From Phoronis australis (taxonomy: Eukaryota; Animalia; Phoronida): a DNA stretch of 64,000 nt. Location: assembly GCA_002633005.1 (NCBI GenBank), contig NMRA01000357.1, forward strand, positions 386,341-450,340, written 5' to 3'. The position numbers and the translations under genes were made by a program. This document shows positions 23,701-38,700 of this stretch, piece by piece; positions within the stretch are counted from its first letter, which is position 1; every line of letters starts with the position of its first letter. The notes beneath the pieces were generated by a model. The model was not told the origin of the DNA, made no database searches, and was given only the letters and a program-made list of their open reading frames with translations.

Positions 23701-26700
23701 AAGAGGAGGAAGATGACTGGTCCATAGTTAGATCCCTGAGCAGCCCCACAGGGCACAGGGGGGGTTGTCAGATGAGTTGTCCTCTAACAAAAGACACTGA
23801 ATTACATTGTTGAGAAAGGAGGCATCCCAGTTCTTTGTGAGGACGCCAACCACAAAGAAACCATTTGTGTTAACAAGTCCAGAGCGAGATATTTTGTAGA
23901 AAGCTTTACTATCATACTTAGTGACGTCATCGAACTGCATGCCTGAGTTTATATTGAGAAGGAGGTCGTTTGCGAAAGTGAGGAGTTGTGACTTACATGA
24001 AATGTTTGGTTTCAAGATGTTTCATACATGGTGACTCACTGTGACGTGTTCAAGAATCTTGCAGCATGTACATGTAAGGAATATTGGGCTGTAACTTTTG
24101 CTTTGCGTTTTTTTTTCCTTTTTTGAAGACTGGGGCGAGGTTGGCGTGGTGCCAATCCGCTAGAACCACACCAGATAATAGTTAGGCATTAAAGATATCA
24201 GTCAGTAAGGGAGCTATTGGGTTTGATTGTTCCCGGAGAACAAAGTGTTTGGACTTCGGGGTTTGTGTGGGTTCTGAATGGGAAGTTGTTTTTCAACTTC
24301 ATTGATATCATGTGCGCACCCAGGAGGCAAAAAGGTCCACCCCAGAGAAACAAAAAGTCCCAGGGAAACGAGACGAAAGTCTACAAAAAGGCGCAGACAC
24401 ACAGTTCACAGTACTGAAGATGGTACCCCGTTTTTTGTTTAGTCATCCAACTTTTGTGTTAACAAAATGTCCACTTGGTCAGAATTCGACTCCCCCCAAA
24501 CTAAAAGCTGGCTGCGCGCATGGATATCAATGGAGTGGTTTTATAAGGACTTTCATGTAGGTCTGGAGTTATAGAGCTGTCTTCAGTAGTGAAGACTGAG
24601 CAAGATTGATTATTGGAAATTTTTGCTCTGTCGGATGGCTAGGTGGAAAGTCGGCCGTTGTTTTGCAACGGGGCCAACTGAGAAGGCTCTCGCCTGGGAC
24701 TCTTAAAAAATGTAAAAAGACACTTGGGATCGCTCTTATCTTAAGGGTTGATAATGCTATTGGCGTATTTTCATTTGCTGCTAAGGTTTTGTACTTAATG
24801 GGATACTATGTGAGTACCATTGTTTGGGTTGTAATTTATTTTGTTTTGGCTCCAGTTACATGTTCATACATACACGTAGGTCTGCATAATACGACGAATA
24901 GACAATTAGCTTACCAAGGGGTAAGTCGCCGGAAGATCTCTTTGGTCACTATTTTAGGCACATCGATGGAAACATTAAAGAAGATTCTCAGCCAGGGGAT
25001 TATGTGTACATGGACAAGTATCACTCTAGTAAGTTGACGCGTGTAGACTCGCAGCTAGCACAGGCCTTAACGGCATAATGAACGATCCTGAGCGTCGCAA
25101 GGGGGCGCCAGGGGTACAATCATGATTCCAGAAAAAGAAGTGCATGCGGCAAGCCCCTGTATTAACACTTTAGGGTAACACGAGAGGAAGCCCGGTTTCA
25201 TTATTCTGACCCTGAATAACCTTACGCCGTGTTATGAAACTGGTCGAAACTCGCGTTAGGTTATTTTGAACAATTTTCATGCTCACTACGTAGCAAATTC
25301 CAATCCTATACATTCGCTTATGCATTACCATCAATACGTAAACTAGGTCATCCGTCAGGTTCTCTGCATAAACTAGGTCGGCGCTTCAAACAGTCCGCCT
25401 GCATCAAGCTCAAGGAAGATTTTAGTAGCCCAAAAATACCACAAGTTCAAAGATATTCAATTAAAAAGGAAAGACGAAACATAACTCTGAAGATACCTGG
25501 CCAATATCAAGGGTCACCGCTTGTAAGCAAGTCAAGGCGATCCTTATCTCGCACTACCAGTCGACTAGTTTTCCCTAATGCAACAGAAAATTCTCATACA
25601 CTTACTTAACTTGTGATGACTCCTTTCAATTTGAAACCACCCACAATGCACTAAAACAAACTAATATTAAGTGCAAAACCTTTTTATACTCTCAAATGAT
25701 TATTCTGAAAATAGTTGCATTGGTTTCCTTACTTTTAAAGTGTATGCCTTCGACACCGATAGGCTCAAGCGTTAATTTACAGCTGAACGCCGTAGGCCGT
25801 GCTCAGTAATCAAAATGGTACATATAAGATAAACAGTTAGAATTATGCTGGTGTGAAATTTGTCAGTGATTTAACCAAAAACTTCGAATTAGCTCGACCC
25901 ACTGATGATAGTATGTGGAATTCAAATACACACACAACTGAATGTTAGTCATTTTTCAACCCTTTTTGGTCACCACTTTTCTCAATGGATTTCAAAGAAT
26001 ATATGCGTATAATGTTGATTATACTCCCATCTATAGGCGCTATCGGAAATCCCGTCAACCTCTTCGAAGCATTGGCCGTTCAAAGTACGGCACTTCCCGG
26101 ACCTCAGAGGGCTTTGATTGGATGTTTTGCGTGCAAAAGCGATTGAACTTTGACCATCACATTGACACCATACAATTCCGCTCAGTGTTCATAAAGTTTT
26201 GATGCGAATTTGGTTAAGGCCTTGTGAATGACATTTTGCTATCGGCAAATGAGGTCGGGTCAACAAGCAACACGTACATAAGGTCATTTTCTGTGAAGGG
26301 AGGAATTTTCACGCATGCGCAAATAGCTGGTTTATGGATTTCTGGCAATTGTTTAATTTACAGAAAATGGTGATGATAATACATTAATGCAGTTTTAAGC
26401 AAACGGGTGACGTCTGTGTTTGTTTCGATGAAGATGCAAAAATAAATACGATAATTATTTCGCATTACATGAAAGCTGTACTCATATTTAGTTAAATGTT
26501 TTCATCTAAATCAAATATTTGGGTGCGTCCACCAAAAGAATGCACACATTACAAACAGTGAACGGAGTATTGTACAGACGGTCATGATCTGGTAGTTAAG
26601 AAGTGGGTCCTTTTGTTTTCAAACACATGAATGCACCCAAGTCAGAAACCACTTTTCCTAACATATTTTCTTTTATTTTTGCAGCGCAAATGCGATTCAT

Positions 26701-29700
26701 CTGGACGGACTACGAAACAGCGTTGGTGTACGAGAAATTGTTGTCGGAAAAGTCAGGCGAACACAAGATCGGTAGTGCGGCCGTTTATTGGATAAGCAAG
26801 ATTACGGAACTGTCAAACGGAAGCATTCATGCAATTGAAGGGCCCACGGAAGAATTGTACAAATTCCTTTGCATTGACGACAAAGGTATGGAAAACACAA
26901 TAAGAGGACCCAATATATATGCTATCTGACGCACGATACCACCGAATGAAAGCTAGTTTGATCACGTTAGACATGCTCCACAAGGTTGTTAAACCGTGGA
27001 ACACAATTTTGCCAAAATATTAATCTCGTACCTGTGGTGATTGCGAGGACTGAATGAAGCAAAATACAGCACCAGTTCCTAACCAAGTTATTTAATAAAA
27101 GAAATCGGCAGCATATGCAAAAATGACAACATTTTCCACTCATTTCGTACTCTCGACGCCATATTGTCGCTGAGTTATACTACCGTAAAATGATGTCGTG
27201 ATTTGTGAAAAGATATAAACGACCTAATTTGTACTTGAATGCCATAGGTTGATTTAGAAACGGAACCGACCCACGAGATCTTCATCTGACAGAACCGGAA
27301 ACAAGCGCTTTGTAGCCAAAAATGGCATTCTTGTCGAAATTAAGTCAAGATTGTAAAGTAATGCTATTGCAACTTACCCAACTAACTGTTTATTTTAAAA
27401 TGCATTGGATTTTTCGGGCAAGTTGTCACAATCTCTACGAAAGGCGTGGAGCAATACCTGTTGAGAATTTGTTTAACTGGAAGTGAAACGTGTTCTAGTC
27501 GAAAAGCAAGAAACAATCGTACACTGTATGTCGTTGTTGCGTCAACGTGAGGACTAGTTAAATGTGCTGATTTATAGGTAGCAATTGGTTACCCATTGCC
27601 TATATTGGGTTGAATGCATGCATTAGTTGTCCTCATGTCGACGACACACGTGTTACCAATAAATCATAACGTAATCTGTAGCAGTATATGATACCAAATT
27701 TTCTATGTGTTTATTGAGACTCACCAGTGTCCTCCTTTACATTTGATCAGACACAGAATGCAACCCCAACGTGACGATGATACAAGAAAACTTTGACATC
27801 GAAAAGGTACGAGAGTTCTCGGGAGAGTGTCTTTGTTTTTAACGTATTAAGGTTTCATTCATACATGTACACATGGTAACATTTCGGAATCAGTGCTGCC
27901 TGCTCTCCCTGAAAAAGATGTTTTGACTAAAAACTCCACAATGTGTTTAACAATTGGCTAAAACATATATCACTTCTACAGGGTGCGACCAGAAAGCAGG
28001 CCCTAAGTTAGAAAAAAATTCACTAAAAATTTCGTTGGATGTCTGCGTTGACTTCTTATGAGCTCCCAAATCAACCAGCACATCTTACAGTGCGCCTACA
28101 GCCAAATGACGTCACCGATGGTGATGGCACCTGATGGCCATTTTGCGCACTTTAAGTACCTCGTAAGACGGCACATAGAATGCTCTTGTGGACTTTGGTT
28201 TATACTGCTAATACACTTTTTGATCACACTTCCTATGTGATGTTTCATAGCAAACCCACATGTGAACCTGGTAGTACTCTGAAACATTGTAGCAGCAAAA
28301 ATAGCCAACAATTCGGAAAATTACAGTATTTTGTTACATAAACCTGGAAGATCTCCACAAAGGATTTGTGATAAGTGTGAAGTACGATGTAGCAGCCAGA
28401 GAAAAAAGTCTTTCTTTAAATGGCGCTTTTCTAATGCATCCATTTCTGTAAAAAAGGAGTTTGGAATTCCATACAAGTCGGAATATTGGATTTGGTTAAA
28501 GATGAATGTTTAACCTATCGATACCAATGTTTTAGTTTATGACGGGTGAAAACTGGTACATTGTCAAAGAAGAAGGCGTACATCGGGTGGGAAAATGGAA
28601 AGCTGACCATGTCTTATTTACCAGGAACGACGAAGGTCTGATAGGCATGTCCTTCCATGACGGCGGTCTTCTGTCAGACGATGACGTTGAGGAAAAGGAA
28701 CACAGGTAAATAAGTAAACTCGACCTTGTACAGTTTTTTTTTCAATTCACTCTGATGAAGTACGTCATATCAGACAACCATGATTAAACAGCGAAATCTG
28801 GCAAGTAAGTTGGAGGCCAGGCTAAACAGCGTATAGACGCAACAAACGCGTAAAACGCAAGATCACGAAATTACTCCAGACACAATGGTACGCATTAGAG
28901 CTGACCAAAATGGTCAAACTAGCGATTTTCACGAGTGACCAGCGTTTAAGGATTAGGTGCCAGTTGCCTTCGATGGCTTACTGTGCGCATGCCCAGAGAA
29001 AGAGAAAGAATACCAGAAAATGTGTCTCATGATTGATTCGTCTGAGTCGGATTGCGTCGTTGTAAAAGGACTGCATATTGCATGTATATAATCGAACCTA
29101 ACTTCTAGACCTTCGCTGAATAATGGGTCCGTATGTTGGCATTCAAAACACCTAGCATGGACATTGACCCTGACAGAAGGTCTTTGCCACGACAAGGGGA
29201 CAGTGAATGAAGACCAGTCGTTCACTCGGTTGTTCTGAGCGACTAATTATGTACCTTTGAGTTAATCAGAGTGGAGTCCAGGGCATCTGTGGCTGGTTGC
29301 ATGAAACAGTCCTAAGTAGGGACTAAACTAAGTTCCCTAAATCTACTGCGTATTTGTGGACTTGGGAAAACACTGTCTGATTGTCCTTTACTATGCTGTT
29401 TTAATTTCATCACTATAAAAATTTTTGGCTTTGATGCAAATCGAGAGTGAACCTCGACCTTGAATTCTCAATATTATTGAAAATGCATAGGGATCTTTAC
29501 GTGCAACATTCTTAACTCGTACGTACAAACATCGTCACCATTTTCCTGTTTCCAGACATATAGATGGACATTTTGCTGTCGGGCAACAGCCAGGAGACTA
29601 CCACTACGTTGACAGTACACACTCAAGTAAGGTTTCATTGCTGTTGCACAACCTAACTTGTTCGTTTCTTCCAACACTCGTGCATGAAGTTGTGTTACCC

Positions 29701-32700
29701 TTTAACAGCCTTTGGTACTACATTCAGAAATGAACCTACTACCAACCGCCTTCTTCAAAAGTCAACCTGAGAGTCTGAGATTATTCCTTATCGGTATTAA
29801 TACGCTTGTTTAGCAGGGTCTACGCACATGTCCGTGTAGAATTTCATTTCAAACGCTTATATTCTGGTTCCTCTTGGAATATTCTCAGTACTTCGTTTCT
29901 CTGCCGTGCCGTAGCGACTAAACTGAATGCCGCTTTGTACTGTTTTTCAGCTCACATGCGATTCGTCTGGACCGATTACTCGAGCGCTTTAGTTTACGAG
30001 CAGCTCTTGTCTGAGGCAAATGGAAGTCGTCTATCGGCTAACGTTGGAGACAGCGCCGTCTATCATCTGAGTAAGACGTTGCGGGTACCCGAGGAGGAAA
30101 GTAAAACTGTCGGGGAGGTCAAAGATCAACTGTACCCTCAACTTTGCTTGAAGCGTCCTCGTACGTTATTTTTTAGATCATTCGCGTGCGTTACTCGTTT
30201 TGATTATTTATTGGAATACGCATAACAACTGTGGGAATTATGAAGGCACCATTTCAAAGCAATTGTTCATAATTTCTCTTACTTGCAAGCTTTCACTTCA
30301 TTTTCACATCGTTCTTTAAAAAAGCAATTGAAGCTTCTCTTAACTTTGATACCATTTTGATCTGCTCTAATGGCTTCTGTCGAATTTTTAATAACACACC
30401 CCTAAAATACTTTAATTGACGCTGGAATGGATTATGTCTCTTGATCACAAAATACCATTAAGCCAAACATAAATTAGATTTTTTTTCAGAAAAGAGCAAC
30501 GGGCATCAGGTACCCACCCTTGAGACGTCCAACACAGGTAAGGTAGTGTTCAATACTGTCTTTTTTCATTAGATATGTACACGTAAATGCACGCATAAAA
30601 TTAGTCTTTAAAATGTTTTGGCAACAAGAGATGCTTCGCATGCATATATCAAAAGCACTTCGGAAGGGACTAAAGCCTTACCAGGTGCAATTTTCGGTAC
30701 AACTTGTGTATTTGAATTTTAGGAAAATGCAATGCGTCGAATCAGGTAGCGGGCAATTTCACCATGCATAAGGTAAGTTACCTGCGTACAATTGAACTGT
30801 GAACATTTCAGAGCTGAGATTGATTGCGTCAAAGCAGTGTAATCGGTTTTACGATCGACGCAATTTTGGGACTATTGCAGATGTGATAAACTCTTTGAAG
30901 TTTGAGTTATATTTGACCAGAGCTAATAGCTACAGAATACTTTGTGTTTGAGCGATTTTAAACAAATCCCCATTTTACGCCATTTTCTGCCAGCCATTCA
31001 CTGAAATCGAGGCACCTGACCTTTGCTAGTTGAGTACACTTCAAGTACTCTTTCATTTTTCTAGAAGGGTTTACTGTGTTTATCCGCCTGCATAGTGTTG
31101 AACTGGAACCGCTGGTTTTATGAATTTGATTCCGTGTTAGGGCTGATCTCAAACAAATGCTTTTCTCGCCGATAAAACCACTATAAGCAGGGGTTGCCTG
31201 CTGTATGATGTGACATGGTAATGCTACGAATAAAGAAGTCATTGACACAATCCACTGTTATTGCTTGTAACAAGGATTGGCCCAAGGAAAACATGTATGC
31301 AGTAGTTGAGACCGTTGGACGAATTTCCGTTCTAGTGATACAGGGCTCCATTTCATGAAAGTTTAATCACAAATTTCATTGTTGGCGTGATGACAGCAGT
31401 TTTGTTATGGTGTTAGTTAAGACTAAAATAGTTTTGTGAAATGGGGACCAGGTTGCACAGTACGTAAGATCTTACTGAAAAGACGGTCTATTTAGTCATG
31501 TATCTAATAAGCTATAAATTTTAGTTCAATAAGGTACATGTACGTATTTGCTGAAGGTTGAGATAAATATAATTTTGAATTTTATCTATATGCTCTAAAC
31601 CGGGTCTCTTGCCAATGTCTATTACAAACATTTAGCAGTGATAACAAAACAACGGCATCAACAACATGGCCTGATGTTGTTGATATAAATGTTTAACGTG
31701 AAACCTCAAAAAATCTTACAATTTTCTAAATTACCATTTCCTCTTTTTGTGAGTTTTTGAATAGTTTTTGATAACCCTTCACACAAAAGTAGAATAATTT
31801 ACAAACAATTACTAGCTTTGAAGACGCTGCATAATTTTCTGAAAGTTCCATATAGTCTAGACGCATTTCCTGAAAAGAGCCCTATATAAGATTCTAGAAG
31901 CACTTTTAGTAAAAGTTGGGAACAAGACTTTTTCACACAATCAAGGTATGGCGAACTCAACTAACCCTGTTCCCAAGCCGAATTTTGCATTTTTTTGACC
32001 ATCTAATTTGCATAAACAAAATGGCGGCCAAATTGTCAAGTTCAGATGTATTTTTGTAATAGAAATCACCAGATACCATTTAAAATGGTGAAATGTCTCA
32101 CCTGTACACTTCTTATAAGCACTTCTTGAGCAATACATCACTTATGAATACTGAAAATGCAACTCTGAAAACTAATTATGCAAATTAGGTGCCGCCATTA
32201 CCATACAATGTAATTTGCGTCTTAAGTTTGTGTTCCTGCAGGCTAACTTGAAAAATGAGTTGTTTATACTTATATTTTCATGGTCAAAAAACATGCTAAA
32301 GACATTTTTGGAGCAATTTATTTCATATTTATTGGGTTATAGATGTATACTTACAGAATGGGGAAAAAATAGTCATTAATCTGCAATGCTCGTCAAGCAA
32401 GGTGTCACTAGTTTGATGGAATATAAGGACAAATGTTCACACTATCCCGTTATCTTCCATTCATAAAAAATCAATATAGTTATTGTTATTGAAGACATTA
32501 AATTCTCAGTTGCATGAATCATTTTCAGGCCTGCTGAACACAATTTTAGCATTCACTTTTTGGTACTTTTTAACATGCCTAAAGCCAGGCAAATCAAACT
32601 GTTTGCATACAAGGAACATGCTGGTGGCATGAGCATAATGATATGCATTGTCTGCTGTTGCGCTGTTTCTGGCATGCACACAATACCATCTCCAGGCAGC

Positions 32701-35700
32701 TGTCTGGGATAGAACTCTGTGTCATCAGTATGGGCTGCAAGCATAAGTTTGTGTGTCCCTCCCATATCAGAGGGTGCTGGGAGCTTAGGTATGGAGGACT
32801 TCTGGGTTCACGGGGTTGGAGAATAGTAAATGGCGTGCTACATCTACAGGCCGTGTTGTATATTCTGCAGACAAATACTTCTGAAGCCATCGTAATTTGT
32901 TCAGTGATTTCACCTATGCAGGGGTTCTTAAGCAATCTGTGATGCTCTAGGAACACCTTCCATGATGATTGTTTCATGTGATTGGCAAAGTACGAGTTGG
33001 TGCCAAATCCGGTCACGGCATGAAAAGCAAACAAGGATGTTGCTGAGTCTCTTAGTAGTTTGTTGAAAAGTGCTTCAATAGGTATATATCGTCATTTCTT
33101 TGATGTGCTTGACATCATGTAGATATGCTCACTTTGCATTTGTTGGAAGTGAGATACCAGAAGCAATAGAACATCGGGTGTCCCTGGAAATACGACTGAC
33201 GGTGGACAGCATGCAGTACCAGTCTTGCATCTGCTTCTTCATGTGTAGATTTCAGAGTCCTCAAATCAGTCATAACCTTAGATGATTTAATTTACTTGCA
33301 GCTCATCGTTGAACCCTCCTGCAACCATAAACTCTTTATCTTCAGGCATCTTCAAACACAATTCCTCTGACAGGAAATGTGCTAGGTCTTCTTTATTCTC
33401 AGTCAGTGCCCGAAAATTTGACCAGTTTTGAGGAAGAGGTACACCACGGCCTTCCAAAAATCACCTGATTTTCTGTATTCCTTTACTACGCTGTTTTCCT
33501 GTTGTGTATTTCATAGCTTCTTGTCTGTATCTGTCAAATACAATGTCGATTTTATGATATCGAAATCCTGTGTTTAGCACTGTTTTCATGAATGAATCAG
33601 CCAGGTTCTCGAAGGTCACATCACCATCAACCTTCCCAAGGGCTACCAGCAATGCCATCAAAAATGAGGAAAGCGGGCGAGCCATGAAGTTGAATTCTTT
33701 TAGGACAGTCGATGTGTTAACTATTAAGAGACAGTCCATATAAAAACCAGTAGATTTTCAAAAATCAGTCTATACGTCAAAATTTAAAACAACTTCATTT
33801 TTTGTACATGGGTAGGTATCCTAACATAAACCCAAATGCCAAATTTTGTGCACTCAATGACCCCTAATTTCGCCGCTGGAGCATAACACAAATTGGCACA
33901 ATTGGGCATATTAGCCGTCTCAAAAATCGCATGTTTTCAGCAACAAAAATGAGTAACATACAAAATAGATCAAAAGCTATATTTTGGTGGCTGAAATAAC
34001 CAACGTATATTGTACATAATTCTGTGCCATTTATTAAAATCTGACAGTTTTGTGCTAGACAGGGGAGATAATCCACAGACCACTTTTTGGGGCTAATTTT
34101 AGTGGCCATTTTTGTGACCTTCTTACTGCCATAAAACACCTTGTAGCCTTATGTGACGTTTTGAACATACAGTTACAGAGTTAGTCTTGATGACTGAGCA
34201 ATAAAAAATCTTGCCTCAACTTTGCAACTTAGTGAAAATTGTCTTGCAAAACTGTCTATTTTCATAGTTTGGAAATGACGAGCAGAATTTACAGACCATT
34301 TGAACAAACTTTTAGGCAGTAAGTCTGCTTTAAATAAAATAGTTATAGAAACCAAGTCTAAACTCTTTCAAATGAAAACAAGATGTTTTCCGGGTTTATT
34401 ACGCGGCTAGTATCAAAACTCAACCCGATGACCTTTGCCCACTGAGAGAGTCAGTTGAGGTTAAGCTTGAGGATATATAAAAAATGTACGTGTAACCCTC
34501 TTGTATTCTTTCATTTCTTTTACATTATCAGGTTAATTTAAAAACTCTGTAGAAATTTTAAATGGAAATAAATGCCTTTAAGATTAAACGAGTAAGAATT
34601 GATATTTGTAATGACTGGTTTTGAAAGAAGCAAGTGCATTTTAAAATGACAAAATGGCGGACGATGTCGATGGGTCTTCATGTTCCTTTAGAGTTTATTC
34701 AGCAAAAAGCCGATCACAAAAGCTTTGTGCTTTAGTGTGTTATGTCAAAGACACCACTGAACATTTGAGATACAGGAAACTACCTCACAAAGCAAGGCCT
34801 GTGCCAGAGTACGGACTCGTACTACCCAGAGTCGGTGAATTTCTGACTGAACAGGACCAGTCATGGATGAGTCAGGTAATGCTGGATGTTACCACTCTGC
34901 TCCTCTCCTCCTGAACGTAGCAGCCTTGTCAAATTCTACCGGCATTTCTGTTTCGAGATATGACTTTAGTGAAAGTCAGAATGGAAAGGATCTCTGTGAT
35001 CGCAAGATCGCTCCACTAAAACAACATGCAAAATGCTTTGTAGCCGAAGGTAACAATATCATAAACTTTCTGGATTTGAAAGAAGCATTACTTTCCAGTG
35101 GCCGTGTGAAGGGATGTTATTTGTATGCATGTTCAGTCAATGCAACAAAGTCTTTTCCAAAATACCCAGTTCCTGGTATAAGCACATTCCCAAATTCCCA
35201 CTATTCCACCCAAGGAATTCGCGTGTGAAATCATTCCATGTAGGTGACGGTAAGTTATTACAAATACTGAGAAAATGGGAAACCTATTTCTCTAAAATAC
35301 ACTAACATCTCTCTGAGACATGGCGGATTTTCAACACCAAGAGTTAAGGTTGGCATTGTATCTAGTGAAGAGCCTCAACAAAAGTTCCCTTGTACCCAGC
35401 AAGGTTACTCGAAATGTTTTGCTACAGACGCAGAACTAGGTGAGCATTTGGATGTGGGTAACCACACTGAACATTTACAGAGGGAAACCACGTATGACCA
35501 CATCGCACGAAAGTGGTCAGAAATGCTTTCAGATGCAAGAACCGGAGCGTCATTTGAGATAGCCTCAGAGTACTATTTGGATGAGACGAATGCTGAAGCA
35601 ATAGGTTAGGCATTGAAAAAAGGTAAAAGGTAAACAATTTTTTCAGCAAAGGTTAAGAACTTTCTGACGAACATATTCGATGAAGGAGATAAGTCAGGTA

Positions 35701-38700
35701 AAAACGTTCACCCTCGGAAGTGCCAAAATGGAGAAAATATTACGAGAACCTACTGGTAAAGTGTTTACCTGTGATATTAAGTGAATCGCAGATTGGTGGA
35801 TTTTTTGGAGGTTGTCTGCAGCAATGTTTATGACGATGCAATTTCTGCTGAAGATGCTGTTATGTCGTCAGAATTACTGAATGAAGTGGTAAATGAGCTC
35901 AACGTTTAGCCTAGTTTTGTAGCATACCAATCAAAGATGTGTGATATATGAAGACGAGACCGTTACTTCTGTTTACTTCATGTCTGTCATGAATGAGTCA
36001 TTAATAAAATTGTCTCTCGTGAATTATTTTCTATTGACTGTGAATGTGTATCTTTTTATACCACTGTTCACACTGGCAGCGTTAGGGTGCCCGGTGTGTG
36101 GGGGGAACACCAGATTTCTGGCGACTGGTGGCGACTAAAATTTTTAGCAACCGGCAGGGACATTACAATATGAACCCGAAGTTACAATGACTATCGACAA
36201 GTTGAAGGATTTTTTGCACTGAACACTAGGGAGGCATATCCACCTTGGGTGCCTTCCTTTGCCTGTGGCACGAACAAGGCAGATAGACAACAAGGCAGGG
36301 GTGAGTTCAGTAACTCTAGAACCTCTCTAAAATTTATCCAAAACCACGTGTTCTTATTTAAAATGCAGGGCAATATCTCGCGAAGTCTTGAATTATAACA
36401 AGGTCCTCGTGTTACTGCTCTTATTCTAGATGCGTCTTCGGTCTCTACGTAAACAAAAGCAGCGCCATCTATCATTTAGAACCACGCATGCCAGTTGATG
36501 TACGTTACATATTTTTTGTAATAAGCATTAATCATCAATCCCGTTTTCAGAGAATGGTAATTAATAATGCTGTCTGCCTTTTCTCCAAAATACAAGGTTT
36601 TTATGTCTTGTTTTGCAAGCTAATTGTATGTTCCAAGAGCCCCCTATTGGCAGCAGAGGCAACTGAGAACATGCAAAAGGACGAAGTGCAGTTCGTGTAA
36701 TGCCTCGTATGCAAAAACTACATCAGAGGCAAGATTTTTTATTTTGATTATGAACAGGTTAGGAATGACTAAACAAATTATTATAAAGTCAATTTCAGGA
36801 AAGGTGCGTTATGGGTGCTACAGAATGCCGAATTTGGCCGAAAATGGCTTCAGTGAAAAACTGAAAAATAACCGTTTTTGCCTCACAAATTCAAAACGTA
36901 CAAATTTAAAAATGGATTTTGAAAGTTATGCCATTAAATTATTCAGCCACTGCCCTTTCGATTCGTATTATTAATTTGTTTTGACCTTACCACACATGCT
37001 AGTAAAATGCATTCAAACATGCCTACTTCGACGCCCAATTTTGTTGCAAAATGGAGGTACAGGTCATAAAAAGAAAAATGATGATTGAAAATTCTTAAAA
37101 AGTGAGGTTTTTCTACATTTCAACAAACCAAACTCATGTGCTAAGTTTAAAAAAAATCGGTGATTTTGGGTATAGACTCTACCTGTTGGTTTTTATATGG
37201 AGTCACTTTTAATACTTCGGCAAGTGAAGATTTATCTCCAGTGCGCTATGTGCCACTCGTTTCTGTAAGAAAACATGGACGGGAAGAAGCTCGCGTTTGA
37301 GCACAGACGGCAAATCAATTGACCGACCCCCCTCATAAGCCGTAGCTAGGCAGTGAAGTATATCTCTCTCTGCCTTAAGAACTATTTTCTTGTCTTTGTC
37401 TTTGGATTGCTTCTTCACATCATGTAAGTTGGCAAATGTTGGGGCATTATTTTTGCGCATAACAAACTTTGCGAACAATTTTTTTAGTATGCTCGTGTCC
37501 AAGTTCCTTGGCATGTAAAAGTGACCCTTGGATTAGTGCTGTTACTAGGTCTTTTGTTGCAAGGCTTTGTAGCAGCTAAGGCCTTGCGGACGAGAAGACC
37601 TTCAATCCATGGAATGCGTAAAGAAGGGAACTCTCGACAGCTGCCACGTGGCTTCGTTATGAAACTATGTACTCCCACAGCAGCAAGTTTGTTCAGCTAT
37701 ATGAGATTTGAGATTAAATGAGAGTGTCCACCTCCATAGAGCTGACGAGGTTTTGGTATTACCAATGATACAACCTCCTTTTTGCGTGCCCCATTTACCC
37801 ACTGGTCAGAATCTACATGGAAGAGCATATGGGGAGATCACTTGACTACAAAATTTCCTGCTTGAAACTCTGACCAAACAGACTGTAGAAACTGATGTAT
37901 CTCCGCTAAAAAGACCGCACCCTACCCGGGCATAATTCGGCGAGGCAGCACGAGAGTAAATGAATAGAGATACAGTTCCAAAACACCATCCCGTTGAGAG
38001 CATGTGTACTTTAACAATATTGGAACCATGTACATGTAACTCCACCAGAAGCTGAAATTCACATCATCAGAACTACTGTTGACAAAATGCCCAGGAGTTT
38101 CCTGAACTTATCCTAATTGAGAAATGTTAAAAAATCCGTAATTTTCTGTGGATCATCATCTGCAGACATACTGGTAATACAAGCATGACAGTCGCTTCTG
38201 CAATAAACGAGAGAAGGCGTGACACTTGCTGGAGATGCCACAGAGCTTGCAAAGACAGTTTGTGTGCCCTCATACTGAAGCTTTGCTGTACGACTTTCCA
38301 CTGAGGACCAGTTCCATAGGTCTGGACCAAGTACTGCACTCTCTATACACACCTCAGCTATTCCGGAATCACTCATGTGATCTTCCATGGCCTTGATAAA
38401 GTTCATTGGTAGTGAAGAACCACTAATGAGGTACTGTATTAACATATTTTGGTATTCTGGGACCGACCACGTAAGCTCCATTAATCTGCAGCAGAGTGCT
38501 TGGTCGACTGTGAGGACGGTATGTTCCTGTCCAAAATGGGACGATATGGCCATGCATCTCTTTACAACAGTATTTAAAAGTCATGTTGTTATGTTTACAA
38601 TACTTTTATGTCTTATCTAAATAGTGAGATGTTAACAAAAAGCATTGATAACTATGATTTCTAATTTAATTTTCAGACTTTATTAATGAGCATTTGTAAC

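Noticed and set aside
24606-25037. 143-aa ORF with a hydrophobic stretch
   Set aside because: No known motif. It overlaps the real 71-nt lipocalin exon (24958-25028) in another frame.
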